The notes under the pieces are model-generated. The model was not told the origin of the DNA. It worked only from the letters and a program-made list of their open reading frames with translations, and searched no databases. 64,000 bases of DNA from an uncultured bacterium (lineage in GTDB: Bacteria > Krumholzibacteriota > Krumholzibacteriia > JACNKJ01): NCBI GenBank assembly GCA_963695095.1, contig CAVOFT010000001.1:1248001-1312000 (forward strand), given 5' to 3'. Position numbers and translations under genes: made by a program. This document shows positions 41,249-50,709 of this stretch, one piece after another (the first letter of the stretch is position 1; each line of letters starts with the position of its first letter).

Positions 41249-42949
41249 GTGGGTATCGTCGCTGACATCTCCCTGATCGTCGTTTGCGGCCTGGCCCTCG
41301 GTGCCCTCGCGCATCGGCTGGGCCAGCCCGTGCTGCTGGGCTACATTGCTGCCGGCATCCTGCTCGGCCCGCACACAGGCGGCCTCTCCGTGTCGGCGCC
41401 CGAGGAGATCGAGTTGCTCGCCGAGATCGGCGTCGCCCTCTTGCTCTTCGCCATCGGGATCGAGTTCTCCTTCTCGGCGCTGCGCGCCGTGCAACGAATC
41501 GCCGTCTTCGGCACGGCGCTGCAGCTGTTGCTCACGATGGCCCTCGGCGCGGCGCTCGGGCGGACTCTCGGCTGGTCGCCGGTCGCGGCGGTCTGGTTCG
41601 GGGCCCTGATTTCGGTATCGAGCACGATGGTCGTGTTGCGGGTCCTGGTCAGCGGCGGCTTCCTGGGCACGCTCTCCAGTCGCGCCATGCTGGGTATGCT
41701 CATCGTCCAGGATCTCGCCGTCGTGCCCTTGATGATCATCCTGCCCCAGCTCGGCAAGGCGGGCGCCGATCCCAGCCAGGTGCTGCTGGCTATCGGCCGC
41801 GCCGCGCTCTTTCTCGCCCTGCTCGTCCCCGCGGCGATCCGCCTGGTGCCCTGGCTGATGGGCCAGGCGGCCGGCTGGCGCTCGCGAGAGCTCTTCGTGC
41901 TCATGGTGGTGGCCCTGGGCCTCGGCATCGGCTACCTGAGCCACCTGGCCGGGCTCTCCTATGCGCTGGGCGCCTTCATCGCCGGGCTCGTCCTCAGCGA
42001 GTCCGAGTACGGCCACCAGGCCCTCAGCGACGTCATTCCCCTGCGCGATCTGTTCGGGCTGCTCTTCTTCGCCTCCGTGGGGATGCTCTTCGATCCCCGC
42101 TTCTTCGCCGCCCATCTGCGCGAGCTGGCCCTCATCGTCCTGGCGGTCATCGCGGGCAAAGGTCTCATCTTCGCTGGCCTCGCCCGTCTCTTCGGCTATC
42201 GCAACGTGGTGCCGCTGGCGATGGGTCTGGGCCTGGCCCAGATCGGCGAGTTCTCCTTCCTGCTCGCTCAACTCGGCCTCGAGACGGGCGGCATCGATGA
42301 GGAGCTCTTCTCGCTCACGCTGTCCACCGCGCTGGTGACGATGGCGCTGACGCCCTACCTCAGCCAGGCCACGGTGCCGCTCTACGAGCGCTGGCAGCGG
42401 CGGCGACGTCCCGCGGGCGAGACCGCTGCGCCCTTGCCCGCGCCGCTCGATCCCGCCGCGCGGCCGGTGCTGATCGCCGGCGCCGGGCGCGTGGGCCAGC
42501 GGGTGGCGGCGATTCTCGCCGACGAGGGGCTGCCCTTCTGCCTGATCGACTTCGACCAGCACCGCATCGCGGAGGCGCGCGCGCGCAGCTGGCCGGCCGT
42601 CTTCGGCGATGCCGCCCAGGCGCCCGTGCTCGCGGCGGCGGGTCTGGCCAATGCGCGGCTGGCCATGATCACGCTTCCCTCGGCGGTGGGTGTCCAGTCC
42701 GTGGCGGCTCGCCTGCGCGAGCTGGCGCCGGCGCTCACTGTCGTCGCCCGCAGCGAGGGCCGGGCGGCAGGGGCGGCGCTGGCGCGCCTGGGCGTCATCC
42801 ACGTGGTGGAGCCCGAACTGGAGGCCGCCCTGGAAATGTCTCGCCAGGCCCTCGTCCACCTGGATGTCGAGCCGGCGCGCATCCAGCGCTTCCTCGATGC
42901 GACGCGGCGCGAGCACTACGGCGACCGCGGCGAAGCGCCCCCCGGCTAG
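41249..42949 (+). CDS. CPA2 cation:proton antiporter with TrkA-N (KTN) domain, KefC/YbaL-like
   Basis: LGYIAAGILLGP, LAEIGVALLLFAIGIE, SSTMVV, LIVQDL, QIGEFSF, IAGAGRVG. Confidence 0.9.
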   Translation: MGIVADISLIVVCGLALGALAHRLGQPVLLGYIAAGILLGPHTGGLSVSAPEEIELLAEIGVALLLFAIGIEFSFSALRAVQRIAVFGTALQLLLTMALGAALGRTLGWSPVAAVWFGALISVSSTMVVLRVLVSGGFLGTLSSRAMLGMLIVQDLAVVPLMIILPQLGKAGADPSQVLLAIGRAALFLALLVPAAIRLVPWLMGQAAGWRSRELFVLMVVALGLGIGYLSHLAGLSYALGAFIAGLVLSESEYGHQALSDVIPLRDLFGLLFFASVGMLFDPRFFAAHLRELALIVLAVIAGKGLIFAGLARLFGYRNVVPLAMGLGLAQIGEFSFLLAQLGLETGGIDEELFSLTLSTALVTMALTPYLSQATVPLYERWQRRRRPAGETAAPLPAPLDPAARPVLIAGAGRVGQRVAAILADEGLPFCLIDFDQHRIAEARARSWPAVFGDAAQAPVLAAAGLANARLAMITLPSAVGVQSVAARLRELAPALTVVARSEGRAAGAALARLGVIHVVEPELEAALEMSRQALVHLDVEPARIQRFLDATRREHYGDRGEAPPG

Positions 42950-42971
42950 GCGCGCAGCCGCTGCGCTACCG

Positions 42972-44333
42972 TCAGGGGCGGCGCGGCGGCGTCGACCCCG
43001 CCCCACGCCAGCGCCCGCGCCGCACCGTGGCCAGCACCGGCTTCAGCACGCCGCCCATCTCGACGCGGAGGGCCTCGAGGCGGAAGACCGCCGGCCGCGG
43101 CAGCCGCGCGGCGCCGCGCACGCGCAGCAGCAGGGCCAGGCAGGCGACCCGCGCGAGGCTGCTGGCCACGAAGAGGGTCACGTAGCCGGCGGTCTCGCCG
43201 CCGGCCACGGCGAAGAGCGCCGCGCCGACGAGCGAGCCGCCGATCGTCGCCAGGGCGTTGCCCAGGTTGTAGGCCGTGAGCAGGGCGATGCGGCGCCCGG
43301 CGGGGATCGTCTCGAAGAGCAGGAGGAAGACCGCGTACTCCTGCGCCGCCCAGAAGGCCCCGGAGACCACCTGGAGGCAGAGCAGGTAGCCGTAGGCCTG
43401 GGAGACCAGCCAAAGGGCCGGCAGGCCGAGGATGCCCAGCCAGCCCAGGCGCAGCAGGTTGACCAGACCCAGGCGCTGGGCGACCGCCGCCAGGCGCGGC
43501 AGCACGAGCACCTTGGCCAGCAGAGCTGTGCCGATCAGTCCCATGTATTCCCAGTAGGAGAAGCGCAGGCGCGCCAGCATGTAGGGCGAGAAGTAGGGGC
43601 CGGCGATCATCACGCTGGCCGTGAAGGCGAGCAGGTAGACGAGCAGACGCCCGCCGGCGCCGTGGCGGAACTCGCCGAGCAGGGCGCGCGGGGCCAGGCC
43701 GATGGGGGCGATGTCGGCGGGCGCCGTCTCGCTCTGCGCGGCCAGCACGCGCGTGGAGACGGCGCGTCCGAGCGCCGCCAGCGTGAAGATGAGGGCGAAG
43801 CCGGCCAGGGGGCGGTCCTGGGCCTTGGCCCCTTCGAGCAGGGCCGCGCCGGCGACGAGGCTGGCCAGCATGCCCAGCTGCACGAGGCCCGTGCGCCGGG
43901 CGAAGTAGCGCAGGCGCACGCGCCGCGGGACGAGGCGCTCCACCCAGAGGTTCCAGGAGGGCGTCGCGGCCATGCCGGCCGCCCAGTAGAGCGTGGCCGC
44001 GGCGAAGACGGCCCAGGCCGGCAGGCGACCGGCCAGGGCGCCGAGGGCGAAGGGCGCGAGGCTGGCCGCCTGCAGGCCCGCGCAGAGCACCGTCCAGCGC
44101 CGCGCCGAGCCCAGCCAGCGCACGCCGGCCGGGGTGACGAGTTGCAGGAAGCCGCCGGCCAGGAGGGGCAGCGTGACGACCAGCCCCGCGGCGATCTCGC
44201 CCAGGCCCAGCGCGAGCGCGAAGGCGGCGATGTAGGCTTCGCCCATGCCGACCATGGCGCTGAAGGCGAGGCCGTCGGCGAGGATGAGCCGCAGATCGCG
44301 GCGGCGGTGGAGGGCGCTGGGGTCCTGAGTCAC
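42972..44333 (-). CDS. MFS-type transporter
   Basis: About 12 hydrophobic helices; DGLAFSAMVGMGE.Y, W..LVP..R.RYF motif. Start uncertain (GTG 44333 or further upstream). Confidence 0.72.
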   Translation of the reverse strand: MTQDPSALHRRRDLRLILADGLAFSAMVGMGEAYIAAFALALGLGEIAAGLVVTLPLLAGGFLQLVTPAGVRWLGSARRWTVLCAGLQAASLAPFALGALAGRLPAWAVFAAATLYWAAGMAATPSWNLWVERLVPRRVRLRYFARRTGLVQLGMLASLVAGAALLEGAKAQDRPLAGFALIFTLAALGRAVSTRVLAAQSETAPADIAPIGLAPRALLGEFRHGAGGRLLVYLLAFTASVMIAGPYFSPYMLARLRFSYWEYMGLIGTALLAKVLVLPRLAAVAQRLGLVNLLRLGWLGILGLPALWLVSQAYGYLLCLQVVSGAFWAAQEYAVFLLLFETIPAGRRIALLTAYNLGNALATIGGSLVGAALFAVAGGETAGYVTLFVASSLARVACLALLLRVRGAARLPRPAVFRLEALRVEMGGVLKPVLATVRRGRWRGAGSTPPRRP

Positions 44334-44420
44334 GGCGGCGGCTTGGGTTCGGGCTAGCGCATCATCGCGCGGGCGCGCCGCGAGCGCCACGGGAAATCGC
44401 CGCGGGGCCTTCCCGTCGGC

Positions 44421-45524
44421 TCAGGAGCCCGCGCTCTCGCGGTGCATGCCCGAGAGCTGGCCGCAGCCGCCGCCCACGTCCACGCCCTGGCTCCAGCGCA
44501 CGGTGACGGCCGGCACGGCGGGCACGAGGCGGCCCACGAAGCGCTCCACCTGCTCGGGGGTCGGCCGGACCAGCGGCAGCTGGCCGCCCGCGCCGGGCAG
44601 GGCGATCTTCACGCGCGTGGCGCCGGGGTTGTAGGGGATCAGGTTCAGCTTGAAGGGGCGTCGCCGCGTGAGGGTGCGCAGGTTGGCGGCGTCCTCGTCG
44701 CGGTCGTTGACGCCGGCGATGAGGACGTACTCGAGCGTCACGCGCCGCTGGGTGCGGCGGGCGTAGTCCTCGCAGGCCGCCAGGAGTTTCTCGATGCGGT
44801 ACTTGTGCAGGGCCGGCATCAGGGCGGCGCGGGTGGCGTCGTCGGCGGCATTCAGCGAGAGGGCGAGGCCCGCCTTCACCGGCGCCGAGGCGAGATCGGC
44901 GATGCGTCCGGGCAGCCCCGCCGTGCTCACCGTGATGCGGCGGCCGCCGTAGCCCAGGCCGTCGCCGTCGCCCAGCACGCGCAGCGCGCCGACGAGGGGG
45001 CCGAAGTTGAGCAGGGGCTCGCCCATGCCCATGAAGACGAGATTGGGCCGCACGCTGTCCGGCGGCAGCCCGCGCTGGAGCAGCAGCACCTGGTCGAGCA
45101 TCTCGTCCTGCTCCAGGTTGCGCCGGAAGCCCATGCGGCCCGTCTCGCAGAAGACGCAGTCCAGGGGACAGCCCACCTGGCTCGAGATGCAGAAGGTGGG
45201 GTGGCGCTCGCCCTGCATGTGGACGGCCTCGATGGTCTCGCCGTCGGCCAGGCGCAGGAGGTGCTTCACGGAGCCGTCGAGGGCGCTGGTCGTGGCCAGC
45301 ACGGGGGCGACCGAGCAGAGCGAGGCCTCGGCGGCCAGCGCCGTGCGGAGCGCGCGGGGCAGGTCCGTCATCGCCTCCCAGTCCAGGGCGCCCTTCGCGT
45401 AGATCCACTGCTTCACCGCGCGGCGGCGCCAGGCAGGCTCGACGCGCACGGCCAGCCAGGCGTCCAGGGCCGCCGGTGCCAGGCGCTTGAGGGGGATCAG
45501 GTCCGCGGGTGGGAGCTTGCTCAT
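44421..45524 (-). CDS. rlmN: 23S rRNA (A2503-C2)/tRNA methyltransferase RlmN
   Basis: CISSQVGCPLDCVFC, VFMGMGEPLLN, ITVSTAG, EYVLIAGVND, NLIPYNP, GCGQL. Confidence 0.93.
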   Translation of the reverse strand: MSKLPPADLIPLKRLAPAALDAWLAVRVEPAWRRRAVKQWIYAKGALDWEAMTDLPRALRTALAAEASLCSVAPVLATTSALDGSVKHLLRLADGETIEAVHMQGERHPTFCISSQVGCPLDCVFCETGRMGFRRNLEQDEMLDQVLLLQRGLPPDSVRPNLVFMGMGEPLLNFGPLVGALRVLGDGDGLGYGGRRITVSTAGLPGRIADLASAPVKAGLALSLNAADDATRAALMPALHKYRIEKLLAACEDYARRTQRRVTLEYVLIAGVNDRDEDAANLRTLTRRRPFKLNLIPYNPGATRVKIALPGAGGQLPLVRPTPEQVERFVGRLVPAVPAVTVRWSQGVDVGGGCGQLSGMHRESAGS

Positions 45525-45588
45525 GCCTGCCAAGGTAGCACGCTGGCGCCGGACAGGGTAGTGCAGGCGGGCGCCTGGCGCTCCCGCG

Positions 45589-45617
45589 TTGACAGCTCGC
45601 GGGTGGGCGGCGACACT
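45589..45617 (+). promoter_or_regulatory. sigma70 promoter of the sensor kinase gene (possibly leaderless)
   Basis: TTGACA-N17-GACACT, with ATG 6 nt downstream. Confidence 0.45.
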
Positions 45618-45623
45618 GCGGCC

Positions 45624-46919
45624 ATGGCTGCTGCCGGCATCGATCGGGTCACGCGCCTGGTCGCCCTCTTCACGCTCGTCCTCGTCGCCCTGCTGCTGAC
45701 CGGCGGTTGGGTCTTCCATGCGCTGCTCGCCCGCGGCCTCGCCGACTCCAGCCGGCGCCACCTCGACGAGCAGGGCCGGCTCATCGCCGCTGCCCTCGCG
45801 GCCGATCCCGAGGGCCCGCTCGAGGCCTGGCGGCGGCTGGACCCCGAGGCGCTGCGCAGCGCGGCCACCCTGGATCGCCTGGAACTGCACGACGGCAACG
45901 GGCGCCCGCTCGCCGAGGATCCCCTCTGGCCGGCGCGCGAATTGCCGGACAGCCTGATCGCCGCGCTGCGCCTGGGCCTCGCCGTGGCGCCGCCGCCGCA
46001 GGCCGAGGGCGGCGAGCTCTTCCAGTCGCTGAGCCTGCCGCTGGCCGGGCCCGCGGGGGAACTCGCCGCCATTCTCGTGCTCGAATCGGGCGAGGCCGTC
46101 AGCACGCAGCTCCAGGCGCTGCGCCGCGGGCTGTGGACGGCCACCGGCCTCGGCGCGGGCTTCGTCGTCTTCGTCCTCGTGGCGATGGCCCTCATCCTGC
46201 GCCAGGCGCGACGCCGCCAGCGCGAGCTGGATCGGGCCGAACATCTGGCCGAGGTGGGCACGCTCGCGGCCGGACTCGCCCACGAGATCCGCAATCCCCT
46301 GGCCATCATCGCCGGCCATGCCGAGCTCTTCGAACTCCAGCGCAGCGGCGATCCCGACGAGGCCGCGCGTCGCGCCGGGGAGATCGTGGCGGAAACCGAG
46401 CGGCTGCGCCGGCTGCTGGACGACTTCCTCAGCTTCGCCCGACCCAGCGACCTGCGGCTCCGCCCGCTGGCCGCGCTCGAGGTCTGGGGCCGGCTCGTCG
46501 AAGAGCAGCGTCAGCTCCACCCGTCCCTGCGCTTCGAGCTGGCGGCCCCGCCCGCCCTGCCCCCGCTGACCGCCGATTCCGATCGCCTGCGCCAGCTCGC
46601 CCTCAATCTGCTGGCCAACGCCGCGCTCGCCGCGGGACCGGGCGGGCTGGTGCGCGTCGAGCTCTTTGCCCAGGGCGAGTGGCTGCGCTCGGTGATCCGT
46701 GACAGCGGTCCGGGCGTCCCCGCGGCGCTGGTGCCGCGCCTCTTCGCGCCCTTCGTCTCGGGCCGCGAGGGCGGCACGGGCCTGGGCCTGGCCGTCTGCG
46801 CCGCCATCGCCCGCGCCCATGGCGGCAGCCTGCGGCTCAGCGCCAATGGCCCCGGCGGCGCCGAATTCACACTGGAGCTGCCCCTCGCCGCGGCCGGGCC
46901 CGCGAAGGAGACCGCATGA
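45624..46919 (+). CDS. Membrane sensor histidine kinase (NtrB/ZraS-like)
   Basis: Two TM helices around a periplasmic domain; LAHEIRNPL, NLLANA, DSGPGV, GTGLGL. Confidence 0.9.
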   Translation: MAAAGIDRVTRLVALFTLVLVALLLTGGWVFHALLARGLADSSRRHLDEQGRLIAAALAADPEGPLEAWRRLDPEALRSAATLDRLELHDGNGRPLAEDPLWPARELPDSLIAALRLGLAVAPPPQAEGGELFQSLSLPLAGPAGELAAILVLESGEAVSTQLQALRRGLWTATGLGAGFVVFVLVAMALILRQARRRQRELDRAEHLAEVGTLAAGLAHEIRNPLAIIAGHAELFELQRSGDPDEAARRAGEIVAETERLRRLLDDFLSFARPSDLRLRPLAALEVWGRLVEEQRQLHPSLRFELAAPPALPPLTADSDRLRQLALNLLANAALAAGPGGLVRVELFAQGEWLRSVIRDSGPGVPAALVPRLFAPFVSGREGGTGLGLAVCAAIARAHGGSLRLSANGPGGAEFTLELPLAAAGPAKETA

Positions 46920-48295
46920 GCCAGCGCATCCTGATCGTCGACGACGAGCCCAAGCTCGCGGCCCTGCTCGCCGAGACCCTGGCCGCTCCCGGCCGCGAGA
47001 TCGCCGTCGCGCACAGCGCGGCCGCGGCCTGGACCGCCTTCGCGGCCGCGCCCGCGGATCTCGTCATCACGGATCTGCGCATGGAGAGCGAGGAGGCGGG
47101 ACTGGCGCTCATCGAGCGGCTGCGCAGCGCCGCGCCGGGCACGCGGACGATGCTGGTCACCGCCTTCGCCAGCATCGAGGCCGGCGTGCGCGCGCTCGAG
47201 CTCGGCGCGGCGGAGTACCTCGTCAAGCCCGTGCGCCTGCGCGCCCTGCGCGAGAGCGTCGATCGCCTGCTCGCCCCGCCGACGGCCGCGGCGGGCCTTG
47301 CCCTGGCCACGGAGGGCGAGCTGGCCGGCGCCTTCGACGATATCCTCGTCGGCGGCCATCCCGGGATGCGGCGCATCGTGGAGCTGCTGCCCCGCGTGGT
47401 GGCCAGCGACTCGACGGTACTCATCATGGGCGAGAGCGGCACCGGCAAGGAGGTGCTGGCCAGGGCGATTCACGCCCACGGGCCGCGGCGGGCGAAGCCC
47501 TTCGTCCGCGTCAATTGCGCGGCGCTCGTGGAGAGCCTGCTCGAGGCCGAGCTCTTCGGCATCGAGGCGGGCGTGGCCACCGACGTGAAGGCGCGGCCCG
47601 GCAAGTTCGAGCTGGCCGCGGGCGGCACGCTGTTGCTCGACGAGATCGGCGACATGGCGCCGGGCACCCAGGCCAAGGTGCTGCGCGTGCTCCAGGAGCG
47701 CGAGTTCGAGCGCGTGGGCGGCGCCCAGACCCTGCGCGTGGACCTGCGCGTGCTGGCCGCCACGCATTGCGACTTGCAGGGGATGGTGGCCGCGGGCCAC
47801 TTCCGGGGCGATCTCTACTATCGACTCGACGTGATCCGGCTGGAGCTGCCGCCGCTGCGCGAGCGCCTGGGGGATCTCGAGCTCTTCCTGCGCTACTTCC
47901 TGCAGAAGCTCTCCGCCCGCAGCGGCCGCCGCATCGCCGGGCTCACGCCCGCCGCCCTCGAGCGCCTGCGCCGGCACGCCTGGCCCGGCAACATCCGCGA
48001 GCTGGAGAACGTCCTCGAGCGGGCCATGGTGCTCGCCGCCGGCGACCAGATCGATGTCGGCGACCTGCCCTCGCTGACGGCGCCGCCGGCGACGGCCGAG
48101 GCGGCGGAGCACCCCTTCGTGCTGCCGGCAGCGGGGATCGAGCTGGAGGCGCTGGAGCGCGACCTGATCGGCCAGGCCCTGGCCCGCACGGGCGGGAACA
48201 AGAGCGCGGCGGCGCGCCTGCTCGGGCTCACCCGGCGCACCCTGGGCTATCGGCTCGAGAAGCACGGGCTCGATCGGGCGGGGGAGGGCGACTGA
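46916..48295 (+). CDS. NtrC-family sigma54-dependent response regulator
   Basis: Receiver, [29 protein letters not shown], Fis [20 protein letters not shown] loop reads GVATDV. Confidence 0.92.
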   Translation: MSQRILIVDDEPKLAALLAETLAAPGREIAVAHSAAAAWTAFAAAPADLVITDLRMESEEAGLALIERLRSAAPGTRTMLVTAFASIEAGVRALELGAAEYLVKPVRLRALRESVDRLLAPPTAAAGLALATEGELAGAFDDILVGGHPGMRRIVELLPRVVASDSTVLIMGESGTGKEVLARAIHAHGPRRAKPFVRVNCAALVESLLEAELFGIEAGVATDVKARPGKFELAAGGTLLLDEIGDMAPGTQAKVLRVLQEREFERVGGAQTLRVDLRVLAATHCDLQGMVAAGHFRGDLYYRLDVIRLELPPLRERLGDLELFLRYFLQKLSARSGRRIAGLTPAALERLRRHAWPGNIRELENVLERAMVLAAGDQIDVGDLPSLTAPPATAEAAEHPFVLPAAGIELEALERDLIGQALARTGGNKSAAARLLGLTRRTLGYRLEKHGLDRAGEGD

Positions 48296-48413
48296 TGAGG
48301 GACGCCCAGCGCACCAATTGGTTCACCGCTACTCGCCTGGCGCCGGCCGCTGCGAAGGGGCAACCCATTCTCTTGACTTGTCTTGCGGCTCCGGTTCGGC
48401 CTCCCCTCCGGCA

Positions 48414-48429
48414 CGGCATCACCCTTGCA
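48414..48429 (+). promoter_or_regulatory. sigma54 (-24/-12) promoter
   Basis: CGGCATCACCCTTGCA with exact GG-N10-GC spacing, immediately after an NtrC-family gene. Confidence 0.65.
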
Positions 48430-48474
48430 GCCTGCCGGCAGCAGCGATTCTCTCCCCTGCTGACGAGGTCGGCC

Positions 48475-49221
48475 ATGAGACATGCCCCTGCAATCCCGGT
48501 TCTCGTCGCCCTGCTGGCGCTCGCGGCGGGCGCCCTGGCGCGGCCGGCGCTGGCCCAGGCCCCGCCCGAGCCCGAGGGCCGGACCGCGGAGACCTCGCCC
48601 GCCCGGCTGGAGGCCGAGTTGGCCGGCCTGCGCGATCGCCTGGAGGGCCCCGGTGGCCTGCTCTTCCGCCACGCCGAGAGCCTGCGGCTGCTCGCGGCAA
48701 CCCTGGAGCGCGGCGAGTACCGTCGCTTCTACGATTGGTTGCGGGTCGAGGTCATCGCGCCCTGGCGCGAGGTGCAGGGCCAGAGCATCATCCAGCTCGC
48801 GGACGCGCCGCCCGGCCAGCTCAGTCCGCAGCAGCGCCAGCTCCTGCGCCACAACGCCCAGCTCCTGCGGCGCGTGCAGACCCAGCTCCGCCACGCGCGC
48901 CGCCTGCACACGCGCCTGGGGCGTGAGGAGGAGGCCCTGCGCCGCAGCGGCAACGCGCTGGAGCAGCTTGAGCGCCGCTGCGAACGGCGGCTGGACGACT
49001 ATGCGGCCGTCGATCCCGAGGGAGCCGCTCCCTGGCGCGCCTGGTTCCAGGATGGCTTCCGGCCCCGCCTTCAGCAGCAGACCGAGCGGGAGCGCCTGCT
49101 CGGCGAGTCCCTCGGGCGTCTTCGCAACTGGACCGAGGATCCCAGCCTCCGCGACATGCTCGCCCAGCTGCGCCGGGTGGAGCGGGCAATGGAGATGCTG
49201 CGGCGCCGCTTCCACTTCTGA
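48475..49221 (+). CDS. Secreted/periplasmic alpha-helical hypothetical protein
   Basis: GAGG RBS, signal peptide ending ALA, Arg/Glu/Leu-rich coiled-coil-like sequence. Confidence 0.65.
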   Translation: MRHAPAIPVLVALLALAAGALARPALAQAPPEPEGRTAETSPARLEAELAGLRDRLEGPGGLLFRHAESLRLLAATLERGEYRRFYDWLRVEVIAPWREVQGQSIIQLADAPPGQLSPQQRQLLRHNAQLLRRVQTQLRHARRLHTRLGREEEALRRSGNALEQLERRCERRLDDYAAVDPEGAAPWRAWFQDGFRPRLQQQTERERLLGESLGRLRNWTEDPSLRDMLAQLRRVERAMEMLRRRFHF

Positions 49222-49238
49222 GCCGCCGAAGGAGCCGC

Positions 49239-50666
49239 GTGTCGCCCTTTCGCCCCGCCCTTGGCGGGTTGGCTTGCCTGTTCTGCGCTGCCCCGATCCA
49301 CGCCGCGGAAACGGCCTGGGAGCTGGCGGGGGAGAGCGGGCTGGCCATTCAGCACTACGTGGCCGGCGGCGTGGACGAGTCCGCACTTGCCCGGCAATTG
49401 GGCCTCGAGCTGAGCGGTCGACCCGCTCCGAGCTGGCATACGCGGGCGGCGCTGCGCCACGAAGCAAGCCTCTACACCGAAGAGGGCGCGGGCACGCTCA
49501 CCCTCGGCTATCTCGGCCGGCGCGGTGAGTGCGGACTGTCGCTGGGGGCGGCGCGCAGCAGTGAAGGCGGCCTGGCGACCCCGCTCCTGCTCTTCGATCC
49601 CGACCTGGTCGAGAGCCAGGCTGCCGCCAGCCAGGCCGCCTGGTCCCGGCGCGGCAGCTTGGACCTGGGCTGGCGAACAGGCCTCGGCAGGGCGGGCATC
49701 TCGGCGGGCTACCTCGATCTCGACTACGACGAGTCCAGCGCCATCCTCGCCGATCGCCGCGAGCTGGAACTGCGCTTGGAGCTCGATGCCGAGGCGAGCG
49801 AGCGCCTGCAACTGGAGCTCGAGCTGGCCGGGCTGGGGGTGGACTACCGGGAGCGCGATACCAGCGATCGCAGCGAGCTGGAGGCCGCCCTGCGGCTTGG
49901 GCGGGACCTGGCCGTCGGCGAGGTGGCGCTCACGGTCGATGTCGAGGCCCACGCGCCGCGCGTTCCCGATGGCGTCGCCTACTACGAGCGACCGGAGGGC
50001 AAGACCTGGTCCCTGGGCGGGGAGCTGCTCCTCTGGGCGCCCTCGGCGGACCTCTCCCTGCTCCTGAGCGCCGGACGCGAGCGCTGGGCGGGCGCTGCGG
50101 ATAACTACTTCCACAGCGGCGATCACCAAGCCCTCGAAGTGATGGGCGGCCTGGCGCGGCAACTCGGCGCGCGAGCTCTCCGCATGGAACTGCACCTCGA
50201 TCTCGAGCGCTTCGACCCGGATCTGCTGCCCAGCGGCGACGCCCTGCGCCGCCCGGCCGAGGCGCGCGGCGCCGCCGGCGTCCGGCTGCGCTGGGGCCCT
50301 GATGGCCGCTTTCCCCTCGAGGCGGACCTGGGCGCGGAATTCCTGCGGCAGGAAACGGATCAGGTGGACCGCTTCCGCATCATCGAGGAGCGCCTCGAGC
50401 TGGGCTGGCGCCCCGCCCCGGCCTGGCTGGCCAGCTTCGCCCTGCGCGCGGAGCACTACCTGAGCCGCTACGGCGACGATCTCGCCGCGGACGAGGCCGC
50501 CCCGGACGGCGAGTGGGCCTTGGGCGGCGAGCTGCGCGCGGCCTGGGTGCGCGTGCCCTGGCGCCTCGAGTTCCATCTGGCCCGGCAGGAGCAGCACAGC
50601 TTTCTGCTCGGCAGCCAGGCCAGCCGCAACGAGGAACTCGGGCTGCGGATCCTCTGGCATCCCTGA
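49239..50666 (+). CDS. Putative outer-membrane beta-barrel protein
   Basis: AAGGAG RBS, short signal peptide, alternating hydrophobic strands (LELRLELD, LQLELELAG), C-terminal GLRILWHP. Confidence 0.6.
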   Translation: MSPFRPALGGLACLFCAAPIHAAETAWELAGESGLAIQHYVAGGVDESALARQLGLELSGRPAPSWHTRAALRHEASLYTEEGAGTLTLGYLGRRGECGLSLGAARSSEGGLATPLLLFDPDLVESQAAASQAAWSRRGSLDLGWRTGLGRAGISAGYLDLDYDESSAILADRRELELRLELDAEASERLQLELELAGLGVDYRERDTSDRSELEAALRLGRDLAVGEVALTVDVEAHAPRVPDGVAYYERPEGKTWSLGGELLLWAPSADLSLLLSAGRERWAGAADNYFHSGDHQALEVMGGLARQLGARALRMELHLDLERFDPDLLPSGDALRRPAEARGAAGVRLRWGPDGRFPLEADLGAEFLRQETDQVDRFRIIEERLELGWRPAPAWLASFALRAEHYLSRYGDDLAADEAAPDGEWALGGELRAAWVRVPWRLEFHLARQEQHSFLLGSQASRNEELGLRILWHP

Positions 50667-50709
50667 ACGCGAGCCGCTATGCTGCTCGCCCGCCTGTCGG
50701 AGGAGCTCG

